Source of the DNA: Balneolaceae bacterium
GTDB taxonomy: Bacteria > Bacteroidota > Rhodothermia > Balneolales > Balneolaceae
NCBI GenBank assembly: GCA_040222455.1
Contig: JAVKDD010000033.1
Location: 180,671 to 244,670 of the forward strand
Length of the DNA: 64,000 bases
Direction: 5' to 3'
Shown here: one piece after another, positions 38,450 through 47,564 of the stretch
How the letters are laid out: every line of letters begins with the position of its first letter
Numbering within the stretch: the stretch's first letter is position 1
The notes under the pieces: generated by a model
Database searches by the model: none
The model's input: only the letters and a program-made list of their open reading frames with translations
What the model was told of the DNA's origin: nothing
Translations under genes and position numbers: made by a program

Positions 38450-41400
38450 ATGAAATCCAACCTATTTTTTTCGAAGAGCATGTTAACCATTGTAGGCATG
38501 CTCTTTTTATTTGGTACTACATCTACCTTTGCTCAAAAAACTGAGATCAGGCGTTCTCACGCTATTTCTACGCCACAGCCTTTAATTGACGCCCAACCAG
38601 CTACAGGGACCTTGAATGTGGTGGCCATTATGGTAGAGTTTCAAGAAGACGATAATCGACTTACTTCCGGAACAGGGATTTTTGGAGCCAATGGTATGGA
38701 TGGGCTACCCTATCTTTCACGGGAAGAAAAAACCTTTGTAGACCCCCTTCCTCATAATCAAAATTACTTTGAAGCTCATTTAGAGTTTGCTAAAAATTAT
38801 TTTGAAAAATCTTCCGACAATCAGCTTTTACTAAATTATGAGGTGCTACCAAACGTTTATACATTAGACAAACCGATGGAAGAATACTCGCCCATTGGTG
38901 AAACCTTTACGACTGAAAAACTAGCACTCTTTCTTCAGGATATTTGGACTAAAGTTGATGAACAAGGAGATTTTAATCCTACTATTTACGATCCTAATAA
39001 CACTGCGTTTGTTGTCTTTCATGCGGGAGTGGGTCGGGATGTTGAATTAACTGGAACCAGCCTTGATATCACCCCATTTGATATTCCATCCATATATATG
39101 AGAGAATCGGATCTTGAACAATGGCTTGGTGCTGGTTTTGATGGCTTTTCTATTAACAATGGAGAATTCTTTGTTAAAAACTCAATGATCATTCCCCGCA
39201 CCGAGTCGCGACGTGGAGAAGATATTTCGGAAAGTGAAATTGTGTTTCCGCTTTCTATAAATGGACTTCTTTGTGCTTCGATTGGTAGTCACTTGGGGCT
39301 TCCGGATCTCTTTAATACTGAAACCGGGGAACCTGCTATCGGTCGATTCGGATTGATGGACGGCGCTGGTTTTTTTGCCTATAACGGTCTTCTTCCTCCA
39401 GAACCGTCTGCTTGGGAAAAAGTATTTCTTGGATGGGAATCACCAGTTACAATTTCAGAAGAAACAACTGGAGATATTACATTAGCAGCCGCGGCTATCA
39501 ATCAACCGAATTCAATTGCTAAATATGAATTATCGTCTTCGGAATATTTCCTGATAGAAAATAGACACCGTGATCCCGATGGAACAGGAGTAACAATTAC
39601 TACTCGTAAACCCGATGGTACAATTGCTCAAAAGACATTTACAAATGATGATGATGCATTCATATTCCAAGAAGCGGGGTTTGATACGTTATTAGATGCT
39701 GGAACAATTATTAATGTCAGTAACTTTGATTGGAGTTTACCTGGAGGCTTAGATATTGGTTTAGACGATCAAGAAGGAACGGAAGATGACCGAGAGCTTA
39801 ATGGTGGAATTTTAATTTGGCACATCGATGAGTCTGTGATTAATCAACAACTTCAAAATGGAAGTGTAAATTCAGATCCTTTACGTAGAGGAATTGATTT
39901 GGAGGAAGCTGATGGAGCGCAGGATATTGGACGGGATGTTGGCCTAATTGATAACAGTCCTAGTTTCGGCTATGCATTTGATTTCTGGTGGTCTGGAAAT
40001 AATTACCGGGTAATTACCCAAACCGGAACTGAGACTTTTTATACTAATACATTCGGACCAACATCTACACCGAATAATAACAGTAACTCAGGGGCGAAAT
40101 CTTTCTTCGAATTGTATGATTTTTCGGATAACCTGACCACTGCTTCATTTAAAATTCGTGGTGTAGAATCAGATGATTTTGGTTTTCAGGAAATTTTCTC
40201 ACTTCACCAACCAGATGAACAGTTTATCTCTTCTTTTTTGGATTTTTATCCTTTAAGTATCGTGCTCCATAAAACTTTGACTGATACTACACTGGTAATC
40301 ACTGGAGAAAATGACGCCTACCTTTATAATTACTTAAATCCAAATTCTAACTCAGGAGTTAGCTTTGGTCAATTCTTATATCAGCAACCGTTAGTTCTTG
40401 ATAGAATTATTTTGGGTACAAACCAAAACTCTTTTAACAATAGTATGATAGTAAGAGGAATAAGTTTAGATACTAATTCTGGTTGGCAAGCTACTACTCA
40501 ACCAAATAAAGGCTTTATCAGCTCTCAGGATGGCTCGATCATTGATCTTGATTTCACAAATACTTCAATTGATACAGCAAATGGCTCTATATTCCAAAAC
40601 ACTTCAGGCTATGAATTCCGCTCTGAAATTGTAAATGGAAAATTCGTTGGTATAAATGGAAATACCATTTCTTTTGTAGGAGAAGATATTCCTGATTATA
40701 TCACTAATGCTAATGATCGACTTTTTGCCAGTACTATTAGAACAAATAATTCAAATCTCTATTATTTATTTGAAGATGGAAGGTTTACCATAGTTACCCC
40801 TCAGACAAATGCTCCTTTCACTGAAATTTTTGATGAAGAAAAAGCAGAATGGCCGGCAATTGTAGATGAAGGTTATATTTATAGGATTAATAAAACGGAA
40901 AATACTATTGAAGGGTATAATCTGAATGGTGCTCTACTTTCGAATACCCCAATAAACGCTCCAAATGATATTCAATTTATTGGAACTCCGCTAATTGCTG
41001 ATATTACCGGTGATAACATTCAGGATATTATAGTAGTAGGTCAGGATAATTATTCTGTTAACATTTTTGCATACGAAACTACTGGAAATCCTATTGAAGG
41101 CTTTCCTTTGTATGTTGGTGGCGCTGTTGGTAAAAATATTCAACCAATTCATCCTGTATTCTTTGATGATAAATTATATGCTATTAGTCATACCGGTGAC
41201 TTGAAAGCATGGCAATTTGATAATTTTACCTCCTCACAATGGCCTGCCAGGTACGGGAAGAATCCATATAACAAAGTTTCAGCTGATATAACGATTAGTA
41301 ATTCTCAAGGAGCTAATTTTTCAGTTTTAAATTCTTCCGAAACTTATAACTGGCCTAATCCGGCGAGCGATAAAACTCATCTTAGATTCGAACTTGAATC

Positions 41401-41605
41401 GCCTGGAGGAACCGTAGAAATTACAATTATTGATTATAGTGGACGTATTATTTTTGAAAAAACAATTAGCGCTAAAGGTGGTACTCCAGAAGAATTCTTA
41501 ATCTCTACTCAAGGGTGGCCGAGTGGAGCTTATTTTGCTAGAGTAAAAGCAACGGTTGGCTCTAAAAGTGAGTCTAAAATCGTGAAAATCGGGGTGGCTC
41601 ATTAA
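38450..41605 (+). CDS. T9SS-sorted large protein: immune-inhibitor-A (M6)-like domain with a degenerate zinc motif, an FG-GAP/propeller-like region, and a T9SS C-terminal domain
   Basis: 1051 aa with a signal peptide. M6-like landmarks are LNVVAIMVEFQED, VVFHAGVG, xxxxxHLGLPDLF, PSAWEKVFLGW, YFLIENRHRD, GILIWHIDESV and LEEADGAQDIG. The FG-GAP-like segment is IADITGDNIQDIIVVGQDN. The C-terminal sorting domain is NWPNPASDKTHLRFEL...SGAYFARV. Confidence 0.55.
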   Translation: MKSNLFFSKSMLTIVGMLFLFGTTSTFAQKTEIRRSHAISTPQPLIDAQPATGTLNVVAIMVEFQEDDNRLTSGTGIFGANGMDGLPYLSREEKTFVDPLPHNQNYFEAHLEFAKNYFEKSSDNQLLLNYEVLPNVYTLDKPMEEYSPIGETFTTEKLALFLQDIWTKVDEQGDFNPTIYDPNNTAFVVFHAGVGRDVELTGTSLDITPFDIPSIYMRESDLEQWLGAGFDGFSINNGEFFVKNSMIIPRTESRRGEDISESEIVFPLSINGLLCASIGSHLGLPDLFNTETGEPAIGRFGLMDGAGFFAYNGLLPPEPSAWEKVFLGWESPVTISEETTGDITLAAAAINQPNSIAKYELSSSEYFLIENRHRDPDGTGVTITTRKPDGTIAQKTFTNDDDAFIFQEAGFDTLLDAGTIINVSNFDWSLPGGLDIGLDDQEGTEDDRELNGGILIWHIDESVINQQLQNGSVNSDPLRRGIDLEEADGAQDIGRDVGLIDNSPSFGYAFDFWWSGNNYRVITQTGTETFYTNTFGPTSTPNNNSNSGAKSFFELYDFSDNLTTASFKIRGVESDDFGFQEIFSLHQPDEQFISSFLDFYPLSIVLHKTLTDTTLVITGENDAYLYNYLNPNSNSGVSFGQFLYQQPLVLDRIILGTNQNSFNNSMIVRGISLDTNSGWQATTQPNKGFISSQDGSIIDLDFTNTSIDTANGSIFQNTSGYEFRSEIVNGKFVGINGNTISFVGEDIPDYITNANDRLFASTIRTNNSNLYYLFEDGRFTIVTPQTNAPFTEIFDEEKAEWPAIVDEGYIYRINKTENTIEGYNLNGALLSNTPINAPNDIQFIGTPLIADITGDNIQDIIVVGQDNYSVNIFAYETTGNPIEGFPLYVGGAVGKNIQPIHPVFFDDKLYAISHTGDLKAWQFDNFTSSQWPARYGKNPYNKVSADITISNSQGANFSVLNSSETYNWPNPASDKTHLRFELESPGGTVEITIIDYSGRIIFEKTISAKGGTPEEFLISTQGWPSGAYFARVKATVGSKSESKIVKIGVAH

Positions 41606-44600
41606 TGAAACAACGCTTTCTTTATATTCTATTTTTAGTTTGTTTAGGCATTAGCAGCAATGCATTTGCCCAAACAGATCCTCAATTCTATGATTACCCT
41701 CAAAATCACCTAAAATGGTTTTCTATTGAAAGTGATCACTTCATAATTCATTTTCAGGAAGGTAATAGTAGATCCGCACAAGTTGTTTCTAGAATTTCGG
41801 AAGAAATTTACGAGCCGATCACCTCACTCTACATGTACGAGCCGGATGAAAAAGTAAGTATCGTTCTTAAAGATCGTGAAGATTATTCAAATGGGGCTGC
41901 TTATTTCTTTGATAATAAAATTGATATTTGGGTTCCTTCTCTCGATACCCCACTTCGTGGTTCTCATAATTGGATGAGAAATGTAATCACGCATGAGTTT
42001 ACTCATATTGTACAGATTCAAGCAGGGTTAAAACGTCAACGAAAATTTCCTGCACTTTATCTACAATGGCTTTCTTATGAAAAAGTACGACGACCCGATG
42101 TTCTCTATGGTTTTCCTAATGGAATCATTTCTCTGCCATTTGCCTCCATTAATATACCAGCCTGGCTAGCAGAAGGAACTGCGCAATATCAAAGATCTGG
42201 GTTGCTATATGAGACATGGGATAGTCACCGTGATATGATCTTACGAACCCGAATCCTTAGCGATACTTATTTTAGTCTTGCAGAAATGGGGACATTTTCA
42301 TCTAAAACTAGCTTAGAACGAGAAACAGTTTACAACCAAGGCTATGCTTTTGTGATTTATTTAGTACAGAGATTTGGAGAAGATGTTCTTAGGACTCTCT
42401 CAGAAGCTATGGGTGAAAAAGGCGTATATAAAGTAGAAGATGGAATTAAAATCGCAACAGGCGTTCCTGGCGAAAAAGTTTTTGATGATTGGATTGCCGA
42501 ACGAAAAGCTTTTTACACAGAAGCGACATCTGATCTCCGAACAACTTCTTCGACCTATATTGAAAAGGATGGCTTTTATAATTTCTTTCCAAAACGATCT
42601 CCAAATGGAACCTCCATAGCCTACCTTTCAAATAAAGGCAGAGACTATTCATTACTCTCACTATACATTAAAAAAGATGGTGAAGAAACGGAAATTGCTC
42701 AGGTTGATGATAGGAATTTTCATGTTCACTCGAATCATGCAGATGCTGTAAAACCATCTATTTCATTTCTAAGCACTTCATATTCCTTCTCTCCTGATGG
42801 TAATAACATTGTATATGCTGTAAATAAAAAAAATAAATACGGCGAGTTCTATCGAGATCTTTTTCTTTTTGATATTGAGACATCAAAGTCTACCCGACTA
42901 ACCAATAGTGCTCGAATTGAATCACCAACTTTTAGTCCGGATGGAAATAGTATTCTTGCAATTCAGTATAGAGGCGGAACTCAAAATCTTGTTTTACTGG
43001 ATCCTGAGAATCCTACCGAGATAACTCAACTCACGTCATATAAAGATGCAGAAACACTGTTTACGCCCACTTGGCATCCTGATGGCAAAACCATCTATTT
43101 TGCATATGCAGATTATTGGGGAAGAAATATTTTTTCTTTAAATGTATCCACTAATGAAATTACTCCTATTCTTGAAAATCAATTCATCGACTATCGCGAT
43201 CCTGCTATAAGTGCGGATGGAGAATTCATATACTACTCTTCAGATGAGACTGGAATCTTCAACATTTACAGAAAGTCTATTTCTGGTGGTGCCCACGAAA
43301 AAATTACCAATGTGCTAGGCGGAGCTTTTATGGCCAACCTGGATTCCGAAACACTTTACTTTTCTGAATATGAAGTCGATGGATATAAAATTAAGGAAAG
43401 TAATATTTCGAACTTAATTACTAATCCGGGTTCAGGTTTCTATAATCCTATTATATCTGAATTTTCATTTGAACCTGATTCGATTCCTGAAGCGAGTTAT
43501 CTAAATAGCTTTGATGACAAAGATTTAAATTCCTTTACTCAAACAGAACAAGCCATTGCCGATACTGGAAGTTATGTTTTTGAGATCGAGACACGGGGTG
43601 AGTCGAATGAGAGAGAATACCGCCGATATGAGGACACTTTTACAAGCTTTTCTTTCTTTCCTGTACTTAGATTTGATAATTATTCGAAAATAAACGGACA
43701 GAATGGAACTCTCATTAAAAACGGTAAGATTGGAAAGTTAGGAGAAAATCTACTGAGAGATATCAAGCCAGGAATTTATTTTGCGTCGAGAGATGTAACC
43801 GATAAACTAAGTATTTTTGGCGGGGTCATGCTTGGAGTTGCTTCTCGTGAAGCTGAAAGTATTGGGGGTTTCTTTAAGCCAGACCGACTATTTAAACTAG
43901 ATCGAGATGTTTTCTTTATTGCAGAATACCGAGGGCTACCATTCATTAAAAAAAGCTGGTCGCCTACCGTTTCGCTAGAAATTTATAACCTACACCGAAA
44001 TGTTAAGGACGGGCTTTCTATCGAAGAATTCCCTTGTACCTCTTGCACTCCTGATACTACAAATGTAGATATTGGTTATGAAGTTTGGGAAGCTAACTTA
44101 TTTTTAAGAAGTAAACTGAGCAGAAGAAGTCTGTTAGAATTTGGTTTAGGGTATAGTCCGTATCGGGTTCAAACCGACAATTTTTTCTCACGTGAATTAA
44201 ATGCATTAATAAGTGGATCTTCTTCCGAATATTATAAAGGAACAACATTTTCTACTGCTTATACTTTCGATTATTATGACTTTAGCACTGATGGAGATAT
44301 TGCACCGATTGGATTAAAGGGATATTTGAGGTACCAATACCAACCCTCCAAACTATTGGAAGAATACGAGATCAAAGATGGCTCACTTATTCCAATTTTT
44401 AAGACTGCGAAAAATCATTCAACCGAACTTCATGTACGTTATGGTTTCAGAACATTCGGAAACCAAGCTTTTCAAGCCCGTGTTCGTGGCTTCACTTATT
44501 TCAGTAAACCTGATGATTCTTTTTTCACCGATTACATAGGTGGGTTTTTAGGAATGAGGAGTTATCCTTTTTTTGCGATTGGTGGAAATACTACAGCTTT

Positions 44601-44979
44601 TACAAGTCTTAGTTGGTTCACCCCGATCTTTAAAAATATCAATAAACAAGTTGGGCCATATACTTTTGATAAATTATATGCACGCTTCTTTTTTGAAACT
44701 GGAAATGGATGGTATCCAAACGAAGCAGCAGTAAATAATCCCAATCTTCTTGATTCAGGAAAAAACCTCAAAAGTGGAATTGGCGCAGAGCTACGATTAG
44801 CAAGTAGTGGCTATTATCTATTTCCACTCCGGTTTTTTGTGAGTGCAGCCTATGGATTCGACCGTTTTACATTAACACTACCAGACGATTTTGTTACTGG
44901 CTCTCAAAGCAATACCGTTACTTATGGCAGAGAACTGCTCTTTCATTTTGGATTAACCTTTGATTTCGAGTTGTTATGA
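41605..44979 (+). CDS. Large exported protein: N-terminal HEXXH gluzincin-like domain, PD40 (TolB-like) beta-propeller repeats, and a C-terminal beta-rich (putative outer-membrane barrel) domain
   Basis: 1124 aa with a signal peptide. It has NVITHEFTHIVQ followed downstream by WLAEGTAQY (HEXXH...E). PD40 repeats are FSPDGNNIVYA, FSPDGNSILA, WHPDGKTIYFA and ISADGEFIYYSSDETGIFNIY. The last roughly 450 aa have an alternating aromatic/Gly beta pattern. The start overlaps the upstream stop by 1 nt. Confidence 0.5.
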   Translation: MKQRFLYILFLVCLGISSNAFAQTDPQFYDYPQNHLKWFSIESDHFIIHFQEGNSRSAQVVSRISEEIYEPITSLYMYEPDEKVSIVLKDREDYSNGAAYFFDNKIDIWVPSLDTPLRGSHNWMRNVITHEFTHIVQIQAGLKRQRKFPALYLQWLSYEKVRRPDVLYGFPNGIISLPFASINIPAWLAEGTAQYQRSGLLYETWDSHRDMILRTRILSDTYFSLAEMGTFSSKTSLERETVYNQGYAFVIYLVQRFGEDVLRTLSEAMGEKGVYKVEDGIKIATGVPGEKVFDDWIAERKAFYTEATSDLRTTSSTYIEKDGFYNFFPKRSPNGTSIAYLSNKGRDYSLLSLYIKKDGEETEIAQVDDRNFHVHSNHADAVKPSISFLSTSYSFSPDGNNIVYAVNKKNKYGEFYRDLFLFDIETSKSTRLTNSARIESPTFSPDGNSILAIQYRGGTQNLVLLDPENPTEITQLTSYKDAETLFTPTWHPDGKTIYFAYADYWGRNIFSLNVSTNEITPILENQFIDYRDPAISADGEFIYYSSDETGIFNIYRKSISGGAHEKITNVLGGAFMANLDSETLYFSEYEVDGYKIKESNISNLITNPGSGFYNPIISEFSFEPDSIPEASYLNSFDDKDLNSFTQTEQAIADTGSYVFEIETRGESNEREYRRYEDTFTSFSFFPVLRFDNYSKINGQNGTLIKNGKIGKLGENLLRDIKPGIYFASRDVTDKLSIFGGVMLGVASREAESIGGFFKPDRLFKLDRDVFFIAEYRGLPFIKKSWSPTVSLEIYNLHRNVKDGLSIEEFPCTSCTPDTTNVDIGYEVWEANLFLRSKLSRRSLLEFGLGYSPYRVQTDNFFSRELNALISGSSSEYYKGTTFSTAYTFDYYDFSTDGDIAPIGLKGYLRYQYQPSKLLEEYEIKDGSLIPIFKTAKNHSTELHVRYGFRTFGNQAFQARVRGFTYFSKPDDSFFTDYIGGFLGMRSYPFFAIGGNTTAFTSLSWFTPIFKNINKQVGPYTFDKLYARFFFETGNGWYPNEAAVNNPNLLDSGKNLKSGIGAELRLASSGYYLFPLRFFVSAAYGFDRFTLTLPDDFVTGSQSNTVTYGRELLFHFGLTFDFELL

Positions 44980-45953
44980 AAAAGATGATATTCACACTGT
45001 TTCTTTTTGGAATACTTTCTTCATTAACTTTTGCTCAACCTCTTCAAAAATCTTTATCAGGCACTATTATAGTTAACCCGAACTCTTCACCTGAAAAAAA
45101 AGAACTTTCTATTTCAGATTTTAAATATATAAGTGTAGGTAATGATCAATTTTCAGAATCTAGCTCAATACTAGATGCCCCAAGAACTAAACCTGCCGTT
45201 GCCTTATTATCTTCTGCAATCATTCCAGGATCAGGCCAAGCGGCTAATGGAAAATGGGGACGAGCGGCTGCATATTTACTTATTGATGTAGCTAGTATCC
45301 TCTATTATGTTGACAGAAATAATGTAGCTAAAAGAAACGAGCGTGCTTACGAGCGTTATGCCAATGAAAATTGGAGCGTACTTGCATATGGTCAGTGGCT
45401 AGTTGAATATTCTAGAGCTAACGGAATTGAAAACGGTTATAATAATTCAGGTGGACTAGAAGAACAGGTTTTTGGTAAAAATCCAACTTGGGGAGACACA
45501 CCTACTGACTGGCAAGAAGTCGATTTAGCAATAATCAGAGCAGTTGAAATCCAAACTCCATTCTATTATTTAGAAAGTGTTGCCAGTGTATTTTCACATG
45601 TAGTACAAGATTATGGCTCTCAGCAGTATTATGAGTTGATGAGTAAATATTATCAATTCCAACCCGGTTGGCGTGATTTCCATGAAACCAGAATTGCTGA
45701 AGGAGCTAATCACAATTACCGCTATCCTTGGGATGTAAGTATGCTCACTTTAAATTTTATAGAAGGTCGTGATCGAGCAGAAGAGTTTAATAATAATTAT
45801 CGGCAAGCTGGGAACATCTTAAAGTTGATGATGGTAAACCATATAGTTTCAGCCTTCGATGCATACTTTACCGTAAAACTTAAGAATAGCAGAATTGATA
45901 CTCAGGCTAATATTTTGAGAACCGAAGCATTATCTGTAACCTGGCACTTTTAA
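44976..45953 (+). CDS. Hypothetical exported or membrane-associated protein
   Basis: 325 aa with a signal peptide and a hydrophobic segment, AVALLSSAIIPGSGQAANGKWGRAAAYLLIDVASILYY. It overlaps the upstream gene by 4 nt (ATGA). I recognise no family with confidence. Confidence 0.4.
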   Translation: MKKMIFTLFLFGILSSLTFAQPLQKSLSGTIIVNPNSSPEKKELSISDFKYISVGNDQFSESSSILDAPRTKPAVALLSSAIIPGSGQAANGKWGRAAAYLLIDVASILYYVDRNNVAKRNERAYERYANENWSVLAYGQWLVEYSRANGIENGYNNSGGLEEQVFGKNPTWGDTPTDWQEVDLAIIRAVEIQTPFYYLESVASVFSHVVQDYGSQQYYELMSKYYQFQPGWRDFHETRIAEGANHNYRYPWDVSMLTLNFIEGRDRAEEFNNNYRQAGNILKLMMVNHIVSAFDAYFTVKLKNSRIDTQANILRTEALSVTWHF

Positions 45954-45981
45954 CATCCTTCATCTTCCCGTATTTTAAACC

Positions 45982-46806
45982 ATGATTAAACAAATACTCA
46001 CCAACAAGTATTTATACATTTGTATTGGATCACTGATTTTAATCGGGGCTTCTACCCTTTTTATACTCGATAAGTTTGTTATGCCTTCATACACGAATTA
46101 CAATGAAGGAGTAACTGTACCCGATGTCACACGTATTTCGCTTGAGGAAGCAGAGAGAGTACTTACCAATTCTGGTCTTCGGGTTGAAGTAGCAGATCGG
46201 AGAGCAAACTCGGCTTTCCCAGCAGATTATGTAATCGACCAATCTCCTGCTCCGGCAATAATTGTTAAGCCAAATAGAAAAGTATATTTAACCGTTAACG
46301 CGGCTGTAAAACCTCAAGTTGTAGTTCCTAATGTGGTGAATCTTTCGCTTAGAAATGCTCAAATACAATTACAAAATTATGGGCTAGCAGTAGGTTCAAT
46401 TAGTTATGAATCTTCTCGATTCAAAAATGCAGTATTAAGGCAGTCGATTTCGGAGGGAATAACGGTTGAAAAAGGAAGAACTATCGATTTAGTTGTAAGC
46501 GACGGACTTGGTGATAAGATTGTTGATATTCCCGAAATCATTGGTTTAAGACTTCCTGATGCACAACTTAAACTTCGTGAAGTCGGACTTAGAGTTGGTG
46601 AAATTCGTTTTCAACCCATTAAAGATGTGATTCCAAATACTGTGCTAGATTTTACCCCGAAAGTTACACAACTTGTTGAAGGTGGCACACTTACACTTGT
46701 AATATCGGAACGATTTGAAGTTCTAGAAGAAATTGAGGGTGCTGCCGTAATTGTAGATTCAACCGGAAACAATTCACCTACTCCGCAACCTAATAATAAT
46801 AACTGA
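45982..46806 (+). CDS. Stand-alone PASTA-domain protein (N-terminal TM helix + 3 PASTA repeats)
   Basis: 274 aa with three repeats of the V.VP.v.g.sl..A...L...GL.vg.....s......V..Q.P..G..v..g..i.L.vs pattern. No kinase or PBP domain is present. Confidence 0.7.
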   Translation: MIKQILTNKYLYICIGSLILIGASTLFILDKFVMPSYTNYNEGVTVPDVTRISLEEAERVLTNSGLRVEVADRRANSAFPADYVIDQSPAPAIIVKPNRKVYLTVNAAVKPQVVVPNVVNLSLRNAQIQLQNYGLAVGSISYESSRFKNAVLRQSISEGITVEKGRTIDLVVSDGLGDKIVDIPEIIGLRLPDAQLKLREVGLRVGEIRFQPIKDVIPNTVLDFTPKVTQLVEGGTLTLVISERFEVLEEIEGAAVIVDSTGNNSPTPQPNNNN

Positions 46807-47474
46807 TGAATTTTAGCCTCCCAGTTGTAGCACCATCCATTCTTGCAGCAAATTTCACTAAGCTTGAAGAAGATATTAGCAAAGTAATCGAAGGTGGCGC
46901 AAATTGGATTCACTGTGATATTATGGACGGACATTTTGTGCCCAATATCAGCTTTGGACCCAATATTGTAAAACAAGTTAGCAAAGTTGCTCCTGATGCA
47001 TTCATAGATACGCATCTGATGATTGAGAATGCAGACCAATATATTGATGCTTTTGTAGAAGCGGGTTCTGAATTAATTTCTGTTCATTATGAAGCATGCA
47101 CACATCTACATAGAACTTTACAAAAAATTAAAAGTCACGGTATTATGGCTGGTGTTGCTGTAAATCCTGCTACTTCACTTTATAACATCGAACCAGTGTT
47201 AGAATATGTTGATATGGTTGTAATTATGAGTGTTAATCCTGGTTTTGGTGGTCAAAGTTTCATCGAAAGTAGCTACTCTCGATTACAAGAGCTTACTGAT
47301 CTTAGAGAAACAGGCGAACATGGATTTCTAATCCAGGTTGATGGTGGCGTAAATTTAAAGAACATTGCAAAAGTAGCAACAGCAGGTGCTGATGTTCTAG
47401 TTGCAGGAAGTAGTGTTTTTAGCGCAAAAGATATTCCAGCAAGAGTAATGGAACTACAAGAAAAAATAACTTGA
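46806..47474 (+). CDS. rpe: Ribulose-phosphate 3-epimerase
   Basis: 222 aa. PSILAANFTKLEEDI..., HCDIMDGHFVPNISFGP, MSVNPGFGGQSF and QVDGGVN are canonical. Confidence 0.9.
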   Translation: MNFSLPVVAPSILAANFTKLEEDISKVIEGGANWIHCDIMDGHFVPNISFGPNIVKQVSKVAPDAFIDTHLMIENADQYIDAFVEAGSELISVHYEACTHLHRTLQKIKSHGIMAGVAVNPATSLYNIEPVLEYVDMVVIMSVNPGFGGQSFIESSYSRLQELTDLRETGEHGFLIQVDGGVNLKNIAKVATAGADVLVAGSSVFSAKDIPARVMELQEKIT

Positions 47475-47564
47475 ATCAGTAAATAGCTTTTGCACCTCTT
47501 TTTCTAATCAGATAAGCTAATCTGAATTCTTCTACTAAATCCTTACCTTTAAGAGTTACTATTA

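Noticed and set aside
46611-47039. 142-aa minus-strand ORF spanning the PASTA/rpe junction.
   Set aside because: It overlaps two well-supported plus-strand genes that are translationally coupled. It has no signal, motif or plausible promoter space, so I treat it as a shadow ORF.
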